This document shows, one piece after another, positions 55,584-63,243 of a DNA stretch of 64,000 nt (position 1 is its first letter; each line of letters opens with the position of its first letter). This DNA comes from a virus (lineage: Duplodnaviria > Caudoviricetes): the IMG/VR virus record IMGVR_UViG_3300042691_041259, positions 32,001 to 96,000 of that record. One strand, given 5' to 3'. Position numbers and translations under genes: made by a program. The notes beneath the pieces were generated by a model. That model was not told the DNA's origin, ran no database searches, and worked only from the letters and a program-made list of their open reading frames with translations.

Positions 55584-55907
55584 CTATCCTTTTACTTCAT
55601 CGGCCAAGTCTTTATCAGCCTTGCCCCATGTACCTTTGCCTTTAGTAAGGAAGCTGTTAACACGAGCATATGCCCACTGTTCTTGCCCAGCTCCTGGACG
55701 GTGCCCACTCTTCCATGCAGCCATACCACGACGAAAAACCGCGCGAATGATTCCAATAGGAACGCCAGTCTCTTCAGCTTTTTTCTTTAGACCAGTTTCT
55801 ACAGCATCGTTGTCAATAGGACTACGGTCTGTGGATTTCTGTTCGCTGTCATCAGCTTCCCAGATCTTTTCCCACTCAAAACTTTCAAATGCGCTTATAT
55901 GTTTCAT
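55584..55907 (-). CDS. Small protein with capsid-targeting-like N-terminus and conserved phage domain
   Basis: Begins MKHISAFESFEWE; L.KKA..TG.P...VF.RG.AAW.SGHRPG....QWA.ARVNSF...G motif. Confidence 0.8.
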   Translation of the reverse strand: MKHISAFESFEWEKIWEADDSEQKSTDRSPIDNDAVETGLKKKAEETGVPIGIIRAVFRRGMAAWKSGHRPGAGQEQWAYARVNSFLTKGKGTWGKADKDLADEVKG

Positions 55908-55912
55908 ACCTT

Positions 55913-56251
55913 TTACTTTTTTACGTAAATCGCTCCAATGATACCGCCTTTTCCGAAAACTTTGGCCTTGATTACTTTTTTATCTGGTGATAATCTAGCC
56001 TCACCCTGATATGATTGCGATCTCCAAATAACTTCCCATTTTTCCGTATCAGACGCATACTTCTTTATCATTTTGTCATATTCGCCCTTTGGAGCTTTAT
56101 CGTCAAACATGATGTATGCATCGTAGTCTTTACCCAGGACCTTATCAACGACATTTTTTCTCATTTCGTCATCGGTAAAATTGGAGTTGCCGCCAAGAAA
56201 CGCGTAATGCGATTCGGCAATAAAACTTTCAAAATTGTGTACGTGTTTCAT
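55913..56251 (-). CDS. Small protein with capsid-targeting-like N-terminus
   Basis: Real start MKHVHNFESFIAE at 56251 (ORF track extends into the upstream gene). Confidence 0.8.
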   Translation of the reverse strand: MKHVHNFESFIAESHYAFLGGNSNFTDDEMRKNVVDKVLGKDYDAYIMFDDKAPKGEYDKMIKKYASDTEKWEVIWRSQSYQGEARLSPDKKVIKAKVFGKGGIIGAIYVKK

Positions 56252-56451
56252 TCTTCTACTTGTTTTTCTACCAGCTCCATTTCTGGACTGAGTTCTGTTA
56301 GTCGATGATTGGTGGTGGCTCCTCGGTAGTCTTTTACTTTGGCGTACACCACGTTGTTTTCCGTAACCCAAAAGCCTACAACCTTTCCAGTCTTTCCTCC
56401 GACTTTTACTGTTGCGTTTTTGAGTTCTCGAGCATCTCTCATTTTTTCCAA
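56248..56451 (-). CDS. Small hypothetical (KOW/SH3-like) protein
   Basis: 67 aa, V.VGGKTGKVVG; 4-nt overlap with downstream gene. Confidence 0.65.
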   Translation of the reverse strand: MEKMRDARELKNATVKVGGKTGKVVGFWVTENNVVYAKVKDYRGATTNHRLTELSPEMELVEKQVEE

Positions 56452-56456
56452 TCTTT

Positions 56457-57059
56457 TTAGGATAGGTAGCCTGAGATAAATTTAGAGTCTTCTACCAAGG
56501 AATCAAAAGTGTTTTCTACGTTCTCATCAATATCACTGATATTGTAACATACAATGAAACCAATGAGTTTCTTCTTAATGCAAAAAATTGGAACTGTTAC
56601 AAATTGCTGAATTCCAAGTCGATCCATTTCCTGGCGGTCTTTCATTTCAAGGTCTTCACTTAGTGTTGAGAAGCATTCCTTTTTAAGCATTGTAGAAATC
56701 CAGCGTGGGTATTCTGATGCCAAAATGTTCTGATGATCCCGTTTAGTCTTTTCATAGCCAGGCGCCACAGACTCATAGGTCATAGAGAATTTTTTCATGC
56801 TTCTTCCTTGAAAATACTTTCCACCGTTGTGGAACTGGAAAATTGAGGCCCGGTCAAATTGGTGTTTTTCTCTCAGTCCGTCCAGCCATTCTTGAACCTG
56901 AATCATTTCTTCAATGTCAGACTCCTCAATGTTTTCCTCTTTTTCTTTTGCATTTTTCGCTTTCCTATTGTCATAGTTATTCTTTACCATAACCGTGATT
57001 AGTGCAGCAACTATTGATCCTGCAGCTGTAATGACAGCCTTTAATAATTCCGTGTCCAT
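56457..57059 (-). CDS. Possible T4 gpT-like holin (single N-terminal TM + GAF-like domain)
   Basis: TM helix AVITAAGSIVAALITVMV, then DRASIFQFHNG...S..YE...PI......GFI GAF-like pattern. Confidence 0.5.
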   Translation of the reverse strand: MDTELLKAVITAAGSIVAALITVMVKNNYDNRKAKNAKEKEENIEESDIEEMIQVQEWLDGLREKHQFDRASIFQFHNGGKYFQGRSMKKFSMTYESVAPGYEKTKRDHQNILASEYPRWISTMLKKECFSTLSEDLEMKDRQEMDRLGIQQFVTVPIFCIKKKLIGFIVCYNISDIDENVENTFDSLVEDSKFISGYLS

Positions 57060-57062
57060 CTG

Positions 57063-57200
57063 TTACCTCCCCTGGCCTACGTAAGCCTTTTTGTAATTTT
57101 TTGAGTTTTTGTTTTTACTATCTTTCTTTGAGTGCCTTCCGAGTTTCTTCTTTACTTTTTCTGTGAAATTTTTGCCTGGTTCATTTTTTGATTTTGCCAT
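57063..57200 (-). CDS. 45-aa highly basic peptide (below ORF-track cut-off)
   Basis: MAKSKNEPGKISQKKVKKKLGRHSKKDSKNKNSKNYKKAYVGQGR*; fills gap between two genes exactly. Confidence 0.7.
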   Translation of the reverse strand: MAKSKNEPGKNFTEKVKKKLGRHSKKDSKNKNSKNYKKAYVGQGR

Positions 57201-57219
57201 CTCTCATCAAATGCTTTTT

Positions 57220-57906
57220 TTACTTGGGCGGAGCAAGATCCAACTCTTTCATCATATCAACTAGTTCGTTGTATCCGATTTCGCGAAAGTCTTTTTCCAA
57301 CCGCTTTCTATCTGTGTGAGGTGATCCTGAGACTACCTCAGATATTTTCTTTTTCAACTTGTCATCTCCGGTGTCAAATGCGGAAAGAATTCTTTGCACA
57401 TTTACATCACCTAAAGCCATTTCTTCAATATAGGCTTCATAAAGTTTAACGTGTTTCATCTTTTTCTTCTTTTTCTTTTTTGTTCCGGCACCGAAAGTAT
57501 CTCCGCTTCCAACTTTACCAGAAGCGGCAGGTGTAACGTTTCCCATACCTGGTGTATTTGCTACGCTTGCAGCTGGCGCGCCAAAATCTTCTTCAACCTT
57601 TTTTGACTTTTTACCAGTCACAAAATCCATAAAAGCTTGGACCAGCGGATCTGTTTGATCACGCTTCATTGCCATTGCTTGACCAGCCATCATCTGTGGT
57701 TGAGTATCCCACCAGTAGTAGTATTCTTCCACATGGTTAGGTAGCCCTTCATGTTTTGTAGAAGCAAAGTCCTTCAGCTGTTTTAATGTCATGGAATCCG
57801 CAAGGTCTTTTACCTCATCACTTGCGTCTTTTGGATCCATCTCATCTTTTTTCAAGGCGTATGCCATGGCCATCAATTTTTGCTGGGCTTTGGATGTTGC
57901 TGGCAT
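57220..57906 (-). CDS. DUF3008-like N-terminus fused to an internal capsid-targeting-like motif
   Basis: MPATSKAQQKLM...MT.KQL.DFASTKH.GLP; internal KKKKKKK-MKHVKLYEAYIEE (Met at 57459). Confidence 0.75.
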   Translation of the reverse strand: MPATSKAQQKLMAMAYALKKDEMDPKDASDEVKDLADSMTLKQLKDFASTKHEGLPNHVEEYYYWWDTQPQMMAGQAMAMKRDQTDPLVQAFMDFVTGKKSKKVEEDFGAPAASVANTPGMGNVTPAASGKVGSGDTFGAGTKKKKKKKMKHVKLYEAYIEEMALGDVNVQRILSAFDTGDDKLKKKISEVVSGSPHTDRKRLEKDFREIGYNELVDMMKELDLAPPK

Positions 57907-57907
57907 A

Positions 57908-58090
57908 TTATTTGCCTCCTAATGTTATGATTGATTGACGAGCATCCTCAATTGCTTGTAAGGTCTGCTTCATATTCTTGTCATCTGCAATTGATGAAGC
58001 CTCATCAAAGCACTTTAAGATTTCTTGAAGCTGCGGAGTTAGCGCCTCTTCAATTGACATTTTTTCTTTGAATTCTCCAAAAGACCTCAT
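57908..58090 (-). CDS. Small protein with T4-CTS-like N-terminus
   Basis: Begins MRSFGEFKE. Confidence 0.65.
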   Translation of the reverse strand: MRSFGEFKEKMSIEEALTPQLQEILKCFDEASSIADDKNMKQTLQAIEDARQSIITLGGK

Positions 58091-58422
58091 TTCTGTGACG
58101 TTAATTTTTCGTGGATTCTCTTGCCTTCTGCAGACAGAGTATAGTACTTGATTCCTTCTTCCTCTTTCAGTTTGAAATACTTGGAATTAGCTTTCAGCCA
58201 ACCAGTATTAGTCTTTCTACCAGTTTCTTCATTCATCATCTTCAGGAACTGTGACATTTCTTCTTCACTCACCTTTCCTTTTTCGTTAACAAGTGAAAGG
58301 ATTCTTTCTCTGACTGGCGCATAGTTGGAAACCACCTTTTGGGGGTGCGACTCCGTGTATTTTCTTTTTACAACTACTATCGCTTCGTTAAGGAATTCGT
58401 TATATGATTTTACATGACTCAT
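58087..58422 (-). CDS. Protein with capsid-targeting-like N-terminus and winged-helix-like body
   Basis: Begins MSHVKSYNEFLNE; C-term YYTLSAEGKRI resembles a wHTH wing; GATAAATA at 58444-58451. Confidence 0.75.
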   Translation of the reverse strand: MSHVKSYNEFLNEAIVVVKRKYTESHPQKVVSNYAPVRERILSLVNEKGKVSEEEMSQFLKMMNEETGRKTNTGWLKANSKYFKLKEEEGIKYYTLSAEGKRIHEKLTSQK

Positions 58423-58453
58423 CAGTCTTTCTGTATTTTTCTATATTTATCTC

Positions 58454-60133
58454 TTATAGGTATGCTTTCTGCTGCCAAGATGATTGCATTTGTGGCCAAA
58501 AGCTGTGAGTACACTGTGGGAATACTCCTTTGAACGCTTTGTAATCTTCTCTTTCAATACAGTCCCTAATTGCATTTGCTTCTTGCGACTGGATCTGAAA
58601 GATACTGTTTTCATATTTCTTTCCAGAAATGGTATTATGTGTATCTGCTTCTTTAACCAACGCATTAGTAGATCTTCCTACATATATGTCTCCAATCTGG
58701 CGGCCGCCTCCAGCCTTTAGCAGCTTCTTTAAACTGGGATCTTTCATAGATTCATAACAGTCAAACAAGTGTGGGTATTCTTTCACAAGTTGCTTCCCAA
58801 CAATATCTCCTTGTTCTGGATCCATTCCCCAGAGGCAATTACGGCCAGCTGCTGAATCATGGATAAGCACAAAAGATTTTCCACTAAATTTAAGTATCCT
58901 CTCGCACTCTGCCAGAACCTTGTTTGTAATTTCTCCCATGTTCATAAATAGCAGATTGCATTCATGCACCACCTCAGGTTTTTCATCCTCACTAGTAGTC
59001 ATAAAAGGCATTGCAAAATAAGATTGCATCATGCCTACGGCTCTCATTGCTTGGTCTTCCGAAAACCCAGTCTCTTCTCTGAAGTCAACTTCTTTTTCTT
59101 CCTTTTCAAGAATGGTGTTAAACTCAGGAAACCCAGAGTCCTCGGCATTTCTAACCGATTCTTCCAGAGTATAGATCTTCTGATTAAAGTTTTCCACAAA
59201 TGATTCTGTGAGCAGCCCGCCTGGCTTTTTAGGTTTTCTTAGGTTTACCAAGAAGATGCCTAGCAAATACTCGTAATCTTTATGAGATTCTAGTATTGAG
59301 AGAGTCTTGGGATTGCGTACCCATCTGCGATTAAACTTGCCGGACTTCTCTAGAAAGCTGGGTTTTTTAATTCCCATTTCCAAGAACTCAGATCCTTTTT
59401 CTTCAACGAAACGGTTGAAAGCTTCAGATACCAATTCAATATACCTTTCGTCAGGCCTTTCCGATCTAAATACAAAGCGATCAAAATCAAGTCTTTGGAT
59501 GTGTTCGTACATCTGAAGCATGAGGAGGTCAAATACCTGGCTCTTTTGTTCTCGTACTTCTCTTTCGCAAAGCGGTGCAATTTTGGCAATTCCGTCATCT
59601 CCTTTAAGAATGAATGTTTTTTGTGGCGCGCTTTCAAAAATAGGTTGTTGACCATTTTTCAATGAAGTCATAAGGGATTCAATTACCGAACCGTCAATAA
59701 GGCCTTCCAACTCTTCACCTGATTTTACATGCAAAAGGTTAGCCCATTTTGCTATAATATGATTTTCATTGATCTGCTTTATCACTTTCCCGTATTGTCT
59801 TACTGTAATATCTGTAAGAGTCAGCCCTCTTTCTGGAACCCAGCTAAAGCCAAACCTATGGCTTTTAGGCAGATTTAGAACTATGGCTTCGGGAAGCTTT
59901 TCAACTTTTGAAATTGCACTTTCATATAGATCACTGACAGTTCTGTCAATTCTATTAAGTGGCTTTTCGGAATTCTTTCCATAAAAACGGAGCTTTCCGT
60001 TCTTTGAAAGTTCAAAGGAGAAGCGATACGCTTCCGCCTTTTCAGTTACGCGCAGACCGGACGATAGAAAGTTTCTTGTCCATTCTTCTCCACGCTTTGC
60101 ATAGATTTCTTGTAAAGTGTTAATACCTGCCAT
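58454..60133 (-). CDS. Multidomain protein: degenerate ligase-like N-terminus and degenerate cytidyltransferase-like C-terminus
   Basis: VTEKAEAYRFSF resembles TEKxDG ligase motif I; C-term IRDCIEREDYKAFKGVFP resembles cytidyltransferase-family tail; no HIGH motif. Confidence 0.5.
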   Translation of the reverse strand: MAGINTLQEIYAKRGEEWTRNFLSSGLRVTEKAEAYRFSFELSKNGKLRFYGKNSEKPLNRIDRTVSDLYESAISKVEKLPEAIVLNLPKSHRFGFSWVPERGLTLTDITVRQYGKVIKQINENHIIAKWANLLHVKSGEELEGLIDGSVIESLMTSLKNGQQPIFESAPQKTFILKGDDGIAKIAPLCEREVREQKSQVFDLLMLQMYEHIQRLDFDRFVFRSERPDERYIELVSEAFNRFVEEKGSEFLEMGIKKPSFLEKSGKFNRRWVRNPKTLSILESHKDYEYLLGIFLVNLRKPKKPGGLLTESFVENFNQKIYTLEESVRNAEDSGFPEFNTILEKEEKEVDFREETGFSEDQAMRAVGMMQSYFAMPFMTTSEDEKPEVVHECNLLFMNMGEITNKVLAECERILKFSGKSFVLIHDSAAGRNCLWGMDPEQGDIVGKQLVKEYPHLFDCYESMKDPSLKKLLKAGGGRQIGDIYVGRSTNALVKEADTHNTISGKKYENSIFQIQSQEANAIRDCIEREDYKAFKGVFPQCTHSFWPQMQSSWQQKAYL

Positions 60134-60191
60134 CTGTTTTTCGGCTTTGAGGTTTTTGTTTTTTCAACCCACATTATGAATTGTATACTAT

Positions 60192-61079
60192 TTATCCAAT
60201 TCCTTCGGGCAGCGGAAGCCCGGAATCATCAAGCTTTTTCTTATAGTCGCTCATGATATCATTTAAGCTTCCAGGATACTTAAAGTCTCCGGAAGTGAGC
60301 AACGAATAAAGTTTTTCATACGTATCAATATCAGAAGGCTTATGTCCACCATTAAATAGCAAGTCTACCACGCCTTGCGGCTCTCGAGTGATGAGTTTGT
60401 CATATTCGCTTAGAAGCTTCGCGGTCTTTACTAGTCCTTTCTTGCCTTCAAAGCTTTTTCTTACTTCCACAATGCCTTGATTTAACCTAACCACGTAGGC
60501 TTTGTACTCGGCAGTTTCTCCTTTGTCGGTTGTCTTTGTGGCCTCGAAAAAAGACTTGCCAATTGCTGCCATAAGCAAAAGGTTTCGGTATGCTCCTTTG
60601 TATTTAGACTCCGCAATTCGAAAGTCGGGTGAGTGGTAGATAAAAGTGCTCCATTCCAGGTCAGTGGAAAGCATGAGGTCAACTTGCCCAACACCATTTT
60701 TATAGTCTCCACCGATTGGAGCTCCAATACTTACTTGATTGAATCCTACTGCAAGTTTGGTGCTCATACCCATATCTTTTAATTTGTCATTCAAAGCAAA
60801 CAGAACTTTCTCGAGAGACACTCCTAAATGTCCAGCAATCTTGTCAGCCGAAACCGCCAAGTCAATGTCTCCGCTGGTTTGATCCGCCAATTTTTTGCCG
60901 GCACTTCCAAGAATTGCTGCATCATCTTTTATACCAGTTAGACCAATCTGTGGAAACACATTTTTTTCTACCCATGCTATGGTAGATTCTATTTGATCCT
61001 GTTTAAAAGGCACGGCATTCTCAATGGAGTTTCCGCTTTCAAATATGAACTGTTCAAATAGCTTAACGTATCTTTTCAT
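60192..61079 (-). CDS. Pol-beta superfamily nucleotidyltransferase with capsid-targeting-like N-terminus
   Basis: Start MKRYVKLFEQFIFE (TAATG coupling at 61079); ILGSAGKK....SGDIDLAV and QVDLM (hGS..DhD..D triad). Confidence 0.85.
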   Translation of the reverse strand: MKRYVKLFEQFIFESGNSIENAVPFKQDQIESTIAWVEKNVFPQIGLTGIKDDAAILGSAGKKLADQTSGDIDLAVSADKIAGHLGVSLEKVLFALNDKLKDMGMSTKLAVGFNQVSIGAPIGGDYKNGVGQVDLMLSTDLEWSTFIYHSPDFRIAESKYKGAYRNLLLMAAIGKSFFEATKTTDKGETAEYKAYVVRLNQGIVEVRKSFEGKKGLVKTAKLLSEYDKLITREPQGVVDLLFNGGHKPSDIDTYEKLYSLLTSGDFKYPGSLNDIMSDYKKKLDDSGLPLPEGIG

Positions 61080-61600
61080 TATTCCCAGTCTTTTCTCTTT
61101 GATGCTTCTGAAGCAGTTAGCCATTTTCCATCAACTACATCATAGTAGATTGAATCGTTTGGCTCGCCTGGAAAGATTAGCGAACAGCCATTGCTGCCAC
61201 CGCCAGCGTGCTTATAGCTATAGTTAAGAGTTGCCCAGATATATGGTGCAAACTCAAAGTTTTCACCAGACGCCTTGTTAATCTGTGGGAATCCGCCGCC
61301 AGAAAAAGTATTGATATAGACTTCAGCAAAACCATATTGCATAACACCTAGATCTTTACCGGTTAGTGGTTTGCTGTCGAAAGAAATACGCTTGCCGTGT
61401 GCTTTAGCAGTTAGCGCATTGTATTTAATTCCTTGGCGGCTTAGCAAATCGTTAAGAGCCGGACCGGCGTTCTTAAGAATATCAGCCATTAGGGTTGCTT
61501 CATCCTTGAATTTAGGATTGCTGGTGTAAAGAGTGTTGTCTTCGTTGAGGACATCAGCATTTTCGTTCAAATAGTTATCAAAAGACTTAATGTGTTTCAT
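61079..61600 (-). CDS. Protein with capsid-targeting-like N-terminus
   Basis: Begins MKHIKSFDNYLNE. Confidence 0.8.
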   Translation of the reverse strand: MKHIKSFDNYLNENADVLNEDNTLYTSNPKFKDEATLMADILKNAGPALNDLLSRQGIKYNALTAKAHGKRISFDSKPLTGKDLGVMQYGFAEVYINTFSGGGFPQINKASGENFEFAPYIWATLNYSYKHAGGGSNGCSLIFPGEPNDSIYYDVVDGKWLTASEASKRKDWE

Positions 61601-61859
61601 TATATTTTGTTATTTTGGCTTCTAAATCCGTGGTGCCACGTATCACACGATGCATTACACCTTTTGGAATATAGATCGGTTTATTTATCCACGTAGGAAG
61701 TTGATTATCGAACTGAAATTGCCAGTCGTTTTCGTTTAGAGGTTCAACTATGCGGTCTTCGTCATCCCAATGCCACTTAAGTTCCATCTCGTCCAGATCC
61801 GCTGAAAAAGTCCGTATTACTACGGACTCACTAATTTTCTTTTCGGAATATGGCTTCAT
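61587..61859 (-). CDS. Small cupin-fold protein
   Basis: WHWD.EDR.VE...W.FQ.D......IYIPKG..HRVI.G (cupin motifs 1 and 2). Confidence 0.75.
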   Translation of the reverse strand: MKPYSEKKISESVVIRTFSADLDEMELKWHWDDEDRIVEPLNENDWQFQFDNQLPTWINKPIYIPKGVMHRVIRGTTDLEAKITKYNETH

Positions 61860-62089
61860 TCTGTCACTTCAAATACCGCTTCGCCTACCTTTACAGTTTT
61901 ACCTAATAGATCATCAATAAAGTAGATGTTTCCATAATTGTCCTCAAATCGCATATCATCAGTAAATTCATCTGATGCTTTTAACACTTGTAAAATTTCT
62001 GCAGGGCTCTCAGACACCTGTTCTTTTCCGCTGTTATCTAGAACATCAGCAAAGAGCACAATTTCTATAAGACTATTTTCAGTAAACAT
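61856..62089 (-). CDS. Small acidic hypothetical protein
   Basis: 77 aa, overlaps both neighbours. Confidence 0.6.
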   Translation of the reverse strand: MFTENSLIEIVLFADVLDNSGKEQVSESPAEILQVLKASDEFTDDMRFEDNYGNIYFIDDLLGKTVKVGEAVFEVTE

Positions 62090-62300
62090 TAGGTATAGGT
62101 TTTTTCCTTTTGGTAAGTTCCGCTTTTACTTCTTCAAGATCTTTACTGAGAAGCTCGGCTTCTTTCTTTTTTCCACGCGATTCTGCAGCCTTCTTTTCAT
62201 TGGAAAGCTCTATAACTTGAGCAGCCAATTCATTGTTAGAGTACGCACTCCAAGAATCTGTTTCATTTAAAAAGTTTTCAAATGTTTTTACGTGTTTCAT
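62079..62300 (-). CDS. Small coiled-coil protein with capsid-targeting-like N-terminus
   Basis: Start MKHVKTFENFLNE at 62300. Confidence 0.8.
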   Translation of the reverse strand: MKHVKTFENFLNETDSWSAYSNNELAAQVIELSNEKKAAESRGKKKEAELLSKDLEEVKAELTKRKKPIPNVY

Positions 62301-62319
62301 ATTGCTTATATTCATATTT

Positions 62320-62859
62320 TTACCAAGGTTCTTCTGAGCTTAAACCAAGTTGTTTTCCAAATAGTGAAGGAGCATAGCACGCCCAAAAACCTGCGGTGGT
62401 TGGATCCATCTTCTTTTTCAGATCGCACTGTTGGCGGGACCAAAAGCTTGCTGAAGCTTTAGGATCATCGTTTTTAATACTGAGACCGCTAGTATCGCCC
62501 CATGTGATCTTTACTGCAATGATATTTCCATCATCATCTTTCTTTCCACTATTATGATAGACTGTAAACTTTTTATCTCCTCCGCGGAAAGGGGTGTCGA
62601 GTTCTACGTCGATCATTTTTCCATCAGAAGTTTTAAACTTGGCCTTGGTTCCCACTTCTAAATTAGAGGCCATCCAAGCAGCCTTGTCCGAGAGAATCAC
62701 ATTATCCTCGTCCCAATACTTCTTGGTTTCTTCAAAAAGCTCTTTATAGGCTTGGCTGCCTAGACGGTAAATTGAGTTGGTAATGTCCAACCCGTTTTCC
62801 ATGTGGTAGCGAAATCCCTCAGAAACCTGAAAGTCTTCAAATGTCTTTACGTATTTCAT
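62320..62859 (-). CDS. Protein with capsid-targeting-like N-terminus and conserved phage C-terminal domain
   Basis: Begins MKYVKTFEDF; KF.VY......KITWGD......DP.A..SF..R..C...D...AGFWAC. Confidence 0.8.
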   Translation of the reverse strand: MKYVKTFEDFQVSEGFRYHMENGLDITNSIYRLGSQAYKELFEETKKYWDEDNVILSDKAAWMASNLEVGTKAKFKTSDGKMIDVELDTPFRGGDKKFTVYHNSGKKDDDGNIIAVKITWGDTSGLSIKNDDPKASASFWSRQQCDLKKKMDPTTAGFWACYAPSLFGKQLGLSSEEPW

Positions 62860-62860
62860 G

Positions 62861-63238
62861 CTAGTATATGATTTTAACAGGTACTTCTTTGACCCCTATT
62901 TCTTGTAGAGCTAGCATGCGGTGTGAACCATCGTGAAACGATGGCGCAAGGCCTTTATCGTACTGAAACTTATCAGCAAACCACATAGTTGGTGCTGGAA
63001 TATCTTTGGCATTTCCTCGGAATTCTTTAACATAATTAGCAACTTTGGTTTTATTAACTTCAAATCTATGATGTTGGACTCTCTTTAAGAAGTCAATAGG
63101 ACTCATGTTAACAATAATCTGTATAAACTCACTACTATGCTTCTTTAAATCATCATCCCAATCTTCACGACCAGTAGTATCCGTGTTAAATGATATAGTC
63201 TCATTTAGGAAGTCTTCAAATGTCTTTACGTATTTCAT
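62861..63238 (-). CDS. ParB/Srx-like domain protein with capsid-targeting-like N-terminus
   Basis: Begins MKYVKTFEDFLNE; P.......DG.HR..AL...G...VPV.I (HDGSHRMLALQEIGVKEVPVKI). Confidence 0.75.
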   Translation of the reverse strand: MKYVKTFEDFLNETISFNTDTTGREDWDDDLKKHSSEFIQIIVNMSPIDFLKRVQHHRFEVNKTKVANYVKEFRGNAKDIPAPTMWFADKFQYDKGLAPSFHDGSHRMLALQEIGVKEVPVKIIY

Positions 63239-63243
63239 AAGTG

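Noticed and set aside
55913-56371. 152-aa version of the ORF starting MGYGKQ
   Set aside because: Its first 40 codons overlap another gene; the tag-bearing ATG at 56251 is the credible start.
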